DNA of 64,000 nucleotides from Desulfurococcales archaeon (GCA_023255955.1 JAGDWD010000005.1:14384-78383); one strand, 5' to 3'; counted from the first letter of the stretch, positions 26,068 to 35,368 are shown. The notes: a model not told the origin generated them from the sequence alone. Numbers and translations are program-made.

Positions 26068-26502
26068 TTGAAGCATCAGCTTAGGTCAAGCCCTGGAGTG
26101 GTAGATAGGGCCATATTGTCTCTAGCTAAGCTAGTCTTCTACGTGTATGCCATGCTATGGCTACTAGCTAGGCGCGGAGTTAAGGTGGTTAAAGCAGGGG
26201 ACATATTGAGGTTGTTCTACATGGACTTCCTGAGGATCAGAAGGGAGTATATCGAGGTAGTTAAGCTTGACCACTGTGAGCTAGTAACACGGTGTTCTAA
26301 CCCCTGCCCCATCCTATCCCTATCCCTAAGGCTCGGACTAGACACTAGATACACATGCCGCAGAGTTTCGGAACCAGTCTGCTATTTCGTACTAAAGAAG
26401 TTGAGGCATGATGCGGAGTTCGAGAGGAACTATGACTGGATAAGACCGTACAGGGGAAGCTGCGAGGAGAGGATATATCTCAGTAGTTGCTCATCTACTT
26501 GA
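26068..26502 (+). CDS. hypothetical Cys-rich protein (possibly ATC-hydrolase-like fold)
   Basis: 144 aa with an N-terminal hydrophobic helix and the Cys pattern CELVTRCSNPCP...C...C...C. The family assignment is weak. Confidence 0.4.
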   Translation: MKHQLRSSPGVVDRAILSLAKLVFYVYAMLWLLARRGVKVVKAGDILRLFYMDFLRIRREYIEVVKLDHCELVTRCSNPCPILSLSLRLGLDTRYTCRRVSEPVCYFVLKKLRHDAEFERNYDWIRPYRGSCEERIYLSSCSST

Positions 26503-26585
26503 TTAGCCTCACGTAGCTTAGTTGATGTCTAGGTCTGCGCGCTTAGTATGAGGTAAATAATAGTTTTAGCCTAGAACACAGAACT

Positions 26586-27944
26586 TTGGAGATTGCCGTG
26601 GGTAGCTCTACGTATGTGTGCCCCCTCGACTGGAGGTACGGCTCGGACGAGATGAGGAGGCTCTTCATCCTAGAAGAGATTGTGAGGAGGTATCTTCAGG
26701 TAGAGAAGGCAATCATGGTTGGACTGGAAGCGGCTGGCCTAGCTCCGAGGGGTTGTTCGGATGCTTTAGATAAGTGCTTTGAGGAGGTGAGGGCAGTTGA
26801 TGTGTACTCAATGGAAGCCGTAACGGGCCACGACATAGCCTCCCTCACCTACATACTCGGAGAGAAGTGTGGTGAGTGTGGTAAGTACGTCCACTTAGGG
26901 GCTACCAGCTACGACGTTGTGGACACTGCTTGGGCACTGATATTCAGAGATGCTCTAGCCATCGTCAGGAGGAAGCTGATGGACGTGGTAGATAGGCTGT
27001 CACAGCTGGCACTGGAGCACAGGGACACAGTAATGGTAGGCCGTACACACGGCCAGCACGCACTCCCAATCACAGTCGGCTTTAAGCTCGCTAACTACGT
27101 CTACGAACTCTCAAGAAGCTTTGAGAGACTCTGCGAGCTGGAGAAGAGAGTTGTCAGGGCAAAGCTCTCAGGTGCTGTCGGTACTATGGCTGGGTGGCTT
27201 GGTAGGGGCCTCATAGTCGAGGAAGCTGCCTCCAAGTATTTAGGGCTGGACCCCCACGCTATTACAACTCAGGTAGCACCTAGAGACGGATTTGCTGAGC
27301 TCGTACTCGTACTGGCTGTACTAGCCTCCCAGCTGGATCGCTTCGCGCTGGAAATCCGTGAGCTGTCGAGGAGTGAGATAGGTGAGATGTACGAGTCGGA
27401 ACCGAGGATAGGGAGTAGTGCTATGCCTCATAAGCGGAACCCTGTCACAGCAGAGAGAATATCGGGGCTAGCTAAGCTAGCTAGGTCCTTCGCTGTCGCA
27501 GCACTGGAGAACATCCCCCTAATGCATGAGAGAGACCTAACTAACAGTAGCAGTGAGAGGATACTCATACCTCACATCTTCCTGATAGTGGATCAGATGC
27601 TTGAGGATATGATCAGGTTACTCAAGGTAGTGCACATAGATAGGGAAGCTATGAGAAGGAACCTTGAACTAACGAGAGGGGCAATCATGGCTGAGTCGAT
27701 AGTAGTTAGACTAGTACAGAAGGGGGTACCTCGCCACGTTGCTCACAGAACACTGATGGAGCTGACCAGGTCCATGAACCCAGGTACTAGCCTGGAGGAG
27801 GCTGTCCTGAGACATGAGCTGATATCGAAGTATCTAAGTCCAGAGGAGGTGAAGGAGGCTGTTAACCCCACTAAGTACCTCGGCAACTACTCTGAGCTTA
27901 TAGAGAGGGCTGTAGAGTACTGGAGGAGGACCCCCAAGTGCTAG
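26586..27944 (+). CDS. purB: adenylosuccinate lyase
   Basis: 452 aa with TGHDIAS, GRTHGQHALP and the fumarate-lyase signature GSSAMPHKRNP. Confidence 0.92.
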   Translation: MEIAVGSSTYVCPLDWRYGSDEMRRLFILEEIVRRYLQVEKAIMVGLEAAGLAPRGCSDALDKCFEEVRAVDVYSMEAVTGHDIASLTYILGEKCGECGKYVHLGATSYDVVDTAWALIFRDALAIVRRKLMDVVDRLSQLALEHRDTVMVGRTHGQHALPITVGFKLANYVYELSRSFERLCELEKRVVRAKLSGAVGTMAGWLGRGLIVEEAASKYLGLDPHAITTQVAPRDGFAELVLVLAVLASQLDRFALEIRELSRSEIGEMYESEPRIGSSAMPHKRNPVTAERISGLAKLARSFAVAALENIPLMHERDLTNSSSERILIPHIFLIVDQMLEDMIRLLKVVHIDREAMRRNLELTRGAIMAESIVVRLVQKGVPRHVAHRTLMELTRSMNPGTSLEEAVLRHELISKYLSPEEVKEAVNPTKYLGNYSELIERAVEYWRRTPKC

Positions 27945-28306
27945 GGGATGCTCAGGACAAGTAGGACGAATAGAGATTCAGATAGCTCTAACGTCCTTAA
28001 GAACCGGCCCCACCACGAGGATAAAGCAGGATAGAGTCCAGTAGTAAGAAAACCAAAGAAATGCCTAAGTAATTAACAGTTCCTTAATAGGCTTAGTTTA
28101 TGTAAACATGATTGTTTTACTAGCTTAGGGAGCTTAGAAAAGGTTAGTTAAGGTATCCCAAGATCTCAATGAAAATACCTTACTCAGCAATCGAATTTTA
28201 GAGCAAGTTTAGAGCATGAATTAACCTCAGGATAGTTGCTCCGAGTATTGATGAACGATCAGCTAGTCCCCTATTTGTTGAGAGCTACCGATGAGGTTTT
28301 TGTTGT

Positions 28307-29281
28307 GTGGTAGTATTTTACCTGGGGATCCAGTTGAAGTCAGCTATTAGGAAACTTGTGAAGATTGGTAAGAGATCTTACGCTGTCGTCATACCCAAGA
28401 AATGGGTTAAGTTACTCGAGATCAAGCCGAGTGACCCCATTTATATGGTTCTGGGTGAGGACAGATCCGTCGTTATGACCCCTCTCAGGGTTTCTGGGGT
28501 TGAGGAGGCTAGGTTAGGGATGTTCCCTCACCTAACTATTTCCTCTACTAATGCTAGAGCACTGACTAAACTCATCCTAGCTCTCTACTCGGCAAGCCTG
28601 CAGGGTGTGGTTATCGATAGTGTTTTACCTCGGGAGAGCCTGCTCCTACCTACTGAGTTAGCTAGTATAGAGTGGACGGATGTGAATACGGTAATTCACT
28701 TCAAGGACATTCGAGCAGGTCCGAAGGAGGTTCTTGAGGATATGGCGAGGAAGGTTCAGGAGGTTTTCAGTCTCTTCACGAAGGGTCTTGAAGTACCTTC
28801 ACCGGAACTGTGGGGTGAGATCCACAAAATCGAGCAGGAGCTGGACGTATCTGTCCACTTAGTTATGAGGCTAACGATCAGGAAGATCGTTGTCGATGTC
28901 TTGAAGAAGGGGCTGGATAGTGAGACCCTAGTGGAAAGCCTCCTAAACATATTGGCTGCTAAGGTATTCGAAGATCTCTCGGATTGTATTGATAGGTCCG
29001 CACATAGGATAGAAGAGCTCCTACCCCTATCCAAGGACTTTGCCAGGCTGTTTGCTAGCATCAAGGATCTAAGTAGTGAGATCTTTGAGTGTTACCTCTA
29101 TAAATGCCCTACTGACGACGCTTTCGAGCTCTTAGAGAGAACGACAGAGCTGAGGAAAGAGTTGAAGGGGGCGATGTCGATCTCAACCCCACCGCTTCTA
29201 CCACTTCTAGCGGAAGTGGACACTATTGTGACCTTACTGGAGGATCTACTTGAGGCAGCCCTCGTAAAGATATATAAGTGA
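28307..29281 (+). CDS. AbrB/SpoVT-domain + PhoU-like regulator (archaeal phosphate-uptake-regulator type)
   Basis: KIGKRSYAVVIPKKWVKLLEIKPSDPIYMV is a swapped-hairpin AbrB domain, followed by helical PhoU-like repeats. The start is uncertain (GTG 28307 or TTG 28334). Confidence 0.6.
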   Translation: MVVFYLGIQLKSAIRKLVKIGKRSYAVVIPKKWVKLLEIKPSDPIYMVLGEDRSVVMTPLRVSGVEEARLGMFPHLTISSTNARALTKLILALYSASLQGVVIDSVLPRESLLLPTELASIEWTDVNTVIHFKDIRAGPKEVLEDMARKVQEVFSLFTKGLEVPSPELWGEIHKIEQELDVSVHLVMRLTIRKIVVDVLKKGLDSETLVESLLNILAAKVFEDLSDCIDRSAHRIEELLPLSKDFARLFASIKDLSSEIFECYLYKCPTDDAFELLERTTELRKELKGAMSISTPPLLPLLAEVDTIVTLLEDLLEAALVKIYK

Positions 29282-29450
29282 GGTGCCTACCCTAAAAACA
29301 ACCAATCACAAAACCATAAACCCGACATCCACTAATCAAAAACAGAACAGCCCGCTTACGGTCCGAGGTCCTCATCGTGTTGCGAGTGGACGCTGGGAGA
29401 TCGTTTCTCAAGGGAGGAAGCGAAAACCCTAGCATACTGCCAGGAGGTTA

Positions 29451-32180
29451 TTACGTATCGCTACCGAAGTAGCTTGGGTAATAGGACATCCGCATCCCAA
29501 TTAAGGTATTCATGAGGTTACCGCCTATTAAGCCGTCTAGATTGAAGAGCACAGCTCCTCTCAGCTTCAGCTCCTCTACTACGTACCCCAGCTGTAACGC
29601 TAGCTGTACGTTTAGGAGTCTCCAGGCACCTATACCGACCAACAACCTGTCAGGTTTATTGAGGGCGCTTAGTTGCGAACTTATGTAACTCTTAAATACT
29701 GTGAAGTCCGTGGTGTAGGACATAGTGGCTACGTAGTCTACTATACCTTCATTCACCCAGCTCGCCCAGTCCTGCAGGACCGTTGAAACAGCTTGAGGGC
29801 TTGGAAATACAGCAGCCGACACTTCGATGCCTGGTCTCAGGCTCCTTGCTGTATCCGCCACCCTCCTCACCACATTCGTTATGCCGTCAACCAAGAACCT
29901 CTGGTATAGTGCTCTATCTTGTTCAGGGTCCTTACCATATACCTCCCTAAACTTCTCTGAAGAGCATTTTCCATAGACATCGCTCTGCGGAGCTCTAATC
30001 CTATCTAGCTGTATCCCCCTCACCTCGGGATACTTGGTTAAGATCTCCCGGACCATATTCAGCAACCTCTCAACGTACTCATCGCAGTAAGGATCTACCC
30101 AGCCGAGCATCTTCCCACTGCTATCGTATAGAGCTAGATCCGGTCTTTCCTTAATGAAGAAGCCCGGCTCTGTCTCACCTTCTGATAGTGCGTTGATGTA
30201 GACGTAGACCTCTATCCCATACTGCTTAGCGATCCCTATTACGTCCTTGAGGACGTCCCAGGAGTACTTCGGGCTCATCGGTGCGTAGGAGCTGTCGTAG
30301 TACACGTATCCCCAGGGATCCTTAGCTAAGAAGAAGACAGCATCTACCCCAGCAGTTGCTAGCTTTGCTAGCACTTCATCTACTTGCTTAAGCCAGGTCC
30401 CTCTGTCCGAGCTCCACTTATCTGAATATACTCCCCACCACACAGCAATGAAGGCCTTCTCATAGGACCTGCCGAGAAAGGCTTCGTAGTACTTACTAGC
30501 CAGCTCCATGTATGTAGACCAGTCCCAGTTCGGTCCCGGATCGGTGTGGTGTGATGCTCCCCCACCGAGGCTCGGGTTCTTCGGGTCCGGAACCTGGTCA
30601 TGGCCTATCACACCACCACCGGAGGCGTCTGCCGGTGCTATCCCGGAGGGCCTAGTCAGGGGGATCCCGTACTTATAGGCGAGGTAGGCGAGGAGCCTGG
30701 CTGAAGCTCTGTACTGGACCTCCGTAAACATCTTAGCCTTAACGAAGCCTTCATGCTCTATCCCCACAGACAGGGAGTTGTATAGCTTATTCCCCGCGTG
30801 CCAGGCAACATCCTTCTCTCTAACCATCTGATATACTGTACCGCCCAGAGACACTATGTAGTGAGCAGACACCCCAGCTCTAGGATCGAGGAACCAGTTT
30901 ATTGCTGACTGGGCTGAACCCTCAGTAACGTGGATGACGGCCCAGCTAATACTGGATCTATTTGCTTTTGCGTAGTTACCTGAGTAGGCCTCAATCCACT
31001 GAGCTAGTGGGTAGTCAGGTGGACCGCTCCATTCGAGTCTCAAGTTCTTGAGTAGGCTCCAAAGTGTTGGGTCCCCCAGGTCCAGTCTCCACACGGCTAC
31101 TCCTGCTAGGGAGTACTCCAACGCTAGTTTTGACCTGTAGTAGGCCATCTCACCATCCACGTAGTACGCTACACCCTCAGGGATCTCGGCCCTGAGCTCC
31201 TTAGTGGTCAGATCCAGAGTAAAGCTAGCTCCTTGCGATCTTAGGGATTGGTATTCTGGGAGTAGTAGCCACTTAAGGAGCTTGCCTGATCTATCCCATA
31301 GCTTACCATAGTTCGGGACACCGAGAACTAGCTTCTCTCTCGGTATGTACATACTAGCATACTTCACACACTCCTCCACCCACCACAGCGGGGCTACTGG
31401 CTTAGGTCCAGCTACCTCATAGAAATCGTAAGCCATAATCATTACGTAGTCAACACTCGTCTTACCCAGCAGCTCGTAGTCGTAGGTCTGTAGATAAGAG
31501 CTCGGATACTCAGCTCTCTTAGCTGGTACAGCTACAGTAAGTATGAGGCCGGCCTCATGGAGTTTCTTAGCTACTTCATCGACAAACGTGGCGAACTCGG
31601 CCTTATATGCTGGGAGGCTCACCTCGAAATCTATGTTAAACCCTACGTACCCGTACCTTCTAGCTAGATCTACTAACCGGCTGGCGAAGTTTCCTACAGC
31701 GTTCGGGTCGGTAATCAGTCTCTTAACCCTTGTGGCATCGGATGAAACCACCATGGGAGCTACAAACACTCCACGAGCTCTCGCTAGCTTAAGGAACTCA
31801 CTGTCCTCAGCGCCTCTACTAGTAAAAGAACCTACTGTAAGGTCGTCAGCTAGGTAGTACCAGTCAGGTGAAGCAAAATCTATTACTGCCCCACCAAACT
31901 GACTCAGTATCTGAGCTACGTCGCTGGATTTTGTGCTGTAGATCCATGCCCAGATAAACGGCTTCCTCTTGTAGGGAATGGTGGGTAGGGCTATCAGAGG
32001 AGCTGTAGTAGCTGTAGCCAAAGGTGAAGTTACTGTTAAAGTACTTCTACCTACTTCGGTCGTGAGTGTGGGGGTTTCATGCTCTGGGGACGGGAGGATA
32101 GTGAAGAGGTAGTATAGAGTTGAGGCTATTACGATGACTGAGACAATTAAAATAGCTAGGACTTTTCTCACGGTGCGCAC
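29451..32180 (-). CDS. secreted/anchored three-domain cell-wall hydrolase-like protein: GH18-like (YaaH/YdhD type) + N-acetylmuramoyl-L-alanine amidase (Amidase_2) + GHL10/DUF187
   Basis: N-terminal TM helix. GH18-like region is aa ~73-372 (nt 31065-31964) with GFNIDFE and MAYDF. Amidase_2 is aa ~405-556 (nt 30513-30968) with VIHVTEG, SAHYIV, AWHAG, SVGIEHEG and GHDQV...HHTDPGPNWDW. GHL10 is aa ~575-860 (nt 29601-30458) with GIQLDRIR and QDWASW. Confidence 0.85.
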   Translation of the reverse strand: MRTVRKVLAILIVSVIVIASTLYYLFTILPSPEHETPTLTTEVGRSTLTVTSPLATATTAPLIALPTIPYKRKPFIWAWIYSTKSSDVAQILSQFGGAVIDFASPDWYYLADDLTVGSFTSRGAEDSEFLKLARARGVFVAPMVVSSDATRVKRLITDPNAVGNFASRLVDLARRYGYVGFNIDFEVSLPAYKAEFATFVDEVAKKLHEAGLILTVAVPAKRAEYPSSYLQTYDYELLGKTSVDYVMIMAYDFYEVAGPKPVAPLWWVEECVKYASMYIPREKLVLGVPNYGKLWDRSGKLLKWLLLPEYQSLRSQGASFTLDLTTKELRAEIPEGVAYYVDGEMAYYRSKLALEYSLAGVAVWRLDLGDPTLWSLLKNLRLEWSGPPDYPLAQWIEAYSGNYAKANRSSISWAVIHVTEGSAQSAINWFLDPRAGVSAHYIVSLGGTVYQMVREKDVAWHAGNKLYNSLSVGIEHEGFVKAKMFTEVQYRASARLLAYLAYKYGIPLTRPSGIAPADASGGGVIGHDQVPDPKNPSLGGGASHHTDPGPNWDWSTYMELASKYYEAFLGRSYEKAFIAVWWGVYSDKWSSDRGTWLKQVDEVLAKLATAGVDAVFFLAKDPWGYVYYDSSYAPMSPKYSWDVLKDVIGIAKQYGIEVYVYINALSEGETEPGFFIKERPDLALYDSSGKMLGWVDPYCDEYVERLLNMVREILTKYPEVRGIQLDRIRAPQSDVYGKCSSEKFREVYGKDPEQDRALYQRFLVDGITNVVRRVADTARSLRPGIEVSAAVFPSPQAVSTVLQDWASWVNEGIVDYVATMSYTTDFTVFKSYISSQLSALNKPDRLLVGIGAWRLLNVQLALQLGYVVEELKLRGAVLFNLDGLIGGNLMNTLIGMRMSYYPSYFGSDT

Positions 32181-32214
32181 CGTAAAAGGTTGGTCTTAAC
32201 TGTTTTAACCGAGA

Positions 32215-32225
32215 AGTTACGTAAC
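32215..32225. promoter_or_regulatory. palindromic operator-like site AGTTACGTAAC just upstream of the TATA-like TTAAAA of the hydrolase gene
   Basis: The same 11-mer occurs at 38481-38491 upstream of the ABC binding-protein gene. In both cases the site abuts the TATA/BRE region. Confidence 0.55.
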
Positions 32226-32235
32226 CTAGAGTATC

Positions 32236-32427
32236 TCAGTGCTTTAATGCTCTGCGGAGTCCAACCGCAGATACTATAACCATGGACGCAGATACTATCA
32301 GTCCTATGAGGGCCGGTAAGAATGCTTCGTCTGACGGTGGTAGTAAGGCTAGGGCTATGGCAGATAAAACACATAGCACAGATGACAGTGCGAGGATATC
32401 GATTAGTATTATTGGGTGTACCTTCAA
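32236..32427 (-). CDS. small two-TM membrane protein, last gene of the ABC operon
   Basis: 63 aa with two hydrophobic helices. The ATG lies 4 nt after the stop of the upstream ATPase gene. Competing overlapping ORFs look less protein-like. Confidence 0.4.
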   Translation of the reverse strand: MKVHPIILIDILALSSVLCVLSAIALALLPPSDEAFLPALIGLIVSASMVIVSAVGLRRALKH

Positions 32428-32431
32428 CTCC

Positions 32432-33415
32432 TCACCCCGGGCTTGCAGGGAGCCAGCTAGGCCTCCACTTAGGTAGCTTACCTGCTTTTACACATAGTGA
32501 GTAGTGGTCTGGCCCCACCCTCAGATAGCTCCCAGGGGTAAGTGATGAGCATTCTGAGTCGAGTAGTGGGCACATCTCCGAGAACGGGCAGGGGCTACTC
32601 ACGTTCGGGTTTCTTGCTGACTCCATCACTCCGTCAAGTCCCCTAACTCTCCTTTCTGAGAGGACGAGGGGGACAGGAATGTTAGATATTAACGCCCGGG
32701 TATAGGGATGTTCAGGTCTGTAGATCACTTCGCTAGCTGGGCCGAACTCCACTACTAGGCCTTTTAGCATCACATACATGGGGTTATCCCCAGCTGCGTA
32801 GACAGCGGCACCTAGGTCGTGTGATATGAACATAATGGATGTTCCTCTGTTTTCAACTATCTTCTTTAGGAGGTTTATCAGTGAGACACGTATGGATGGA
32901 TCCACCATGCTGACAACCTCATCAGCAACTATAAGATGTGGATCTGTAATGAGTGCTCTAGCTAGAGACAGTCTCTGCCTCATCCCACCGGATAGGTGAT
33001 GCGGGTACTTATCTATAAAGTACTCAGCTGGTACTAAGCCCACCTCTTCGAGGAGCTCCCTAATGTACTTAAACCTGTCAGCATTACTTAGATGCTTCTT
33101 GTACTTCCTGACTACGGGCTCGAGTATGTTCTTAACGTTCTTGGAGGGGTTAAGTGCTGTGTACGGGTCTTGGTGAACATAGACGAATTTATGTCTATTA
33201 CTTAGATAGAAATCCTTCTGAACTATTCTACCATCCTTTACGACTACAGTATTCTCCCAGGAAAGCTCCCCGGTGGTGGGCATGACGAGCCCTACCAGGA
33301 TCTTACCTAGCGTAGTCTTTCCAGAACCGCTCTCACCTACCAAGCTTATCATGCTCTTATTGGGGATCTCAACTGAGATCGACTGTAAGGCTTTTATGAG
33401 TCTCTTCCTAAACAC
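32432..33415 (-). CDS. Opp/Dpp-type ABC ATP-binding protein (OppF-like)
   Basis: GESGSGKTT, LSGGMRQR, LIVADE. The conserved N-terminal strand (ARNVSKVYSKG) lies upstream of the first canonical start; see findings. Confidence 0.85.
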   Translation of the reverse strand: MFRKRLIKALQSISVEIPNKSMISLVGESGSGKTTLGKILVGLVMPTTGELSWENTVVVKDGRIVQKDFYLSNRHKFVYVHQDPYTALNPSKNVKNILEPVVRKYKKHLSNADRFKYIRELLEEVGLVPAEYFIDKYPHHLSGGMRQRLSLARALITDPHLIVADEVVSMVDPSIRVSLINLLKKIVENRGTSIMFISHDLGAAVYAAGDNPMYVMLKGLVVEFGPASEVIYRPEHPYTRALISNIPVPLVLSERRVRGLDGVMESARNPNVSSPCPFSEMCPLLDSECSSLTPGSYLRVGPDHYSLCVKAGKLPKWRPSWLPASPG

Positions 33416-33462
33416 ACCCTTACTGTAAACCTTACTAACATTTCTAGCATGAGCTACCGAAC

Positions 33463-34488
33463 TCAGAGCTTCTCACCTCCACTGTAGAGCCAGCACTTCA
33501 CGAACCTCTCCTTCTTAGGTTCGTAGAGAGGAGGTTCCGAGGTTCTACACTTCTCAACTGCGTAGGGACACCTCGGATGGAACTTACAGCCAGGTGGTGG
33601 GTTAAGGAGGCTTGGTGGTTCACCTGGAACTGGCTTCGGGATCCTCTTTACGTAAATATCAGCAACAGAGGGTATGGCCGATATAAGCATTGATGTGTAT
33701 GGATGTAGTGGCTCCTTAAATATCTCGTAGGTGTTCCCGACCTCAACTACTGTTCCAGCGTAGAGGACTGCTAATCTATCTGCTAGCTCCGCTACTACAG
33801 GGATATCATGGGTTATCAGTATCATGGTGTTCCTGTACTTCATCGAGACATCGTTAAGTATGTTCAGTAGGACCCTCTGAGAGAAGACGTCTAGGGCCGA
33901 CGTGGGCTCGTCCAGTATGACTAGCTCCGGTTTGAGTATCATGGTCAGCGCTATGACCACTCTCTGCTTCATCCCACCACTAAGCTCGAACGGATACTTC
34001 TTCAGTACTGTGTCAGGGTCCAGCCTCACTAGGGAGAGCATTGAGTGTATCTCGCTCATCGAGCTTTCCGGCTTCCAGAGACCGTGATTTCTCAGTGTCT
34101 CTATGAAGTGCTGCTCAACTGTCAGAACCGGGTTCAGGGAGTTCTGAGCGCCTTGCGGGATGTAGCCTATTACCTTACCACGTAACCTCCTCATAGTTCT
34201 CTCATCAGCTTTTATGAGATCTACTTCCTCACCACTCGAAAGTCTTAGTAGGGCCTCCCCACCACGTATCCTAGCGTTCCTTGGAAGTATCTTGAGGAAT
34301 GTCTCGACGAGCGACGTCTTCCCAGATCCACTCTCACCAACTATTGCCGTTATTTTTCCCTCGTCTACAAAGAGGGTGACACCACTTACTGCTTTAATAG
34401 ATCCTTCCCTCACGAGATACTCCATTCGCAAGTTTCTGAGCTCCAGCTTCGGCTTGAAGTTCTTACCTGTCCTCACCTCATCACTCAT
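33463..34488 (-). CDS. Opp/Dpp-type ABC ATP-binding protein (OppD-like)
   Basis: GESGSGKTS, LSGGMKQRV, LVILDEPTSALD, C-terminal PPGCKFHPRCPYAVEKC. Confidence 0.9.
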   Translation of the reverse strand: MSDEVRTGKNFKPKLELRNLRMEYLVREGSIKAVSGVTLFVDEGKITAIVGESGSGKTSLVETFLKILPRNARIRGGEALLRLSSGEEVDLIKADERTMRRLRGKVIGYIPQGAQNSLNPVLTVEQHFIETLRNHGLWKPESSMSEIHSMLSLVRLDPDTVLKKYPFELSGGMKQRVVIALTMILKPELVILDEPTSALDVFSQRVLLNILNDVSMKYRNTMILITHDIPVVAELADRLAVLYAGTVVEVGNTYEIFKEPLHPYTSMLISAIPSVADIYVKRIPKPVPGEPPSLLNPPPGCKFHPRCPYAVEKCRTSEPPLYEPKKERFVKCWLYSGGEKL

Positions 34489-35368
34489 AAGTCCTCAACC
34501 TCGGGTTAAACACCTCCTCAAGGGCTTGCGCGAAGAACACTACCCCTAACTTGATTACTACGAGTATGGAGATCATTAGGAACACTATGACTGACCCGTT
34601 AGGGATTAATAAACCCTTATACGTAAATATCATCTGATTGAGTAGGTACCCCCAGTTTGTTGGATTAAGAGGTGCGACGCCAAGTAGTACTATGCCTATT
34701 AGGGAAGACATGTTGGCGACGAAGAGAGTAGCGAAGTTGTAAGTTACGAATGGTAGGAGGTGTGGACCTATCTCTCTAAAGAGTATGTAGAGTTTACTTA
34801 AACCTAAGTTAATGCAGGCCTCCACGAAGTCCCTGGTTTTGAGGGAAGATACCTCAGCAGCGAGAGCCCGGGCTAGTCCCGGCCAGCTGAAGAGTGCTAG
34901 GAGTACAGCTATAGTTAGGGGGGACTTCGGTAGTACATATGCTAAGATAAATATCACCGGGAAAGACGGTATTGTTAGCCAGACGTCAGTCACAGCTGTT
35001 AGCGCTCTTCTAGCTACCCCTCCTACATATCCTGCAAAAAGTCCTACTGACATCCCGCCTATGATGCCGATTATAGTCGCTATGAACGGTATCAGGAAAA
35101 CCTCTCTAGAGCCGTGAACAACCATGGAGAGAAGATCCCTCCCCATGTAGTCACATCCTAAGGGGTGCTCCAGGGAAGGTAGGCACCACCTCATCGAAGG
35201 CTTTAGCTTGGTATCTAACGGTATTAGTGACGGGCCTACCGTAGCCATTAGAATCATAATAGCTATCATTATCAAACCAAAGAGACCTCGACCACTCCTC
35301 AGCACTGGCTTAACGAAATCTAGGTAAAAGAGGTAGAGCCCGGACTTAGTCTGAGCTCCACTACTCAT
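34481..35368 (-). CDS. Opp/Dpp-type ABC permease (OppC/DppC-like)
   Basis: 295 aa with 6 TM segments. N-terminal HPLGCDYMGRDLLS motif and an EAA-like loop. Confidence 0.85.
   Translation of the reverse strand: MSSGAQTKSGLYLFYLDFVKPVLRSGRGLFGLIMIAIMILMATVGPSLIPLDTKLKPSMRWCLPSLEHPLGCDYMGRDLLSMVVHGSREVFLIPFIATIIGIIGGMSVGLFAGYVGGVARRALTAVTDVWLTIPSFPVIFILAYVLPKSPLTIAVLLALFSWPGLARALAAEVSSLKTRDFVEACINLGLSKLYILFREIGPHLLPFVTYNFATLFVANMSSLIGIVLLGVAPLNPTNWGYLLNQMIFTYKGLLIPNGSVIVFLMISILVVIKLGVVFFAQALEEVFNPRLRTYE

Noticed and set aside
28249-28300. TGATGA and CGATGAGG box-like motifs upstream of the PhoU-like gene
   Set aside because: No CUGA D or D' box occurs at the required 12-nt guide distances.
32168-32504. 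Overlapping small ORFs 32168-32374 (-), 32282-32476 (+) and 32322-32504 (+)
   Set aside because: They compete with the 63-aa two-TM ORF (32236-32427), which is the only one with a protein-like hydrophobic pattern and tight coupling to the upstream ATPase stop. The others overlap the hydrolase promoter or the ATPase 3' end.
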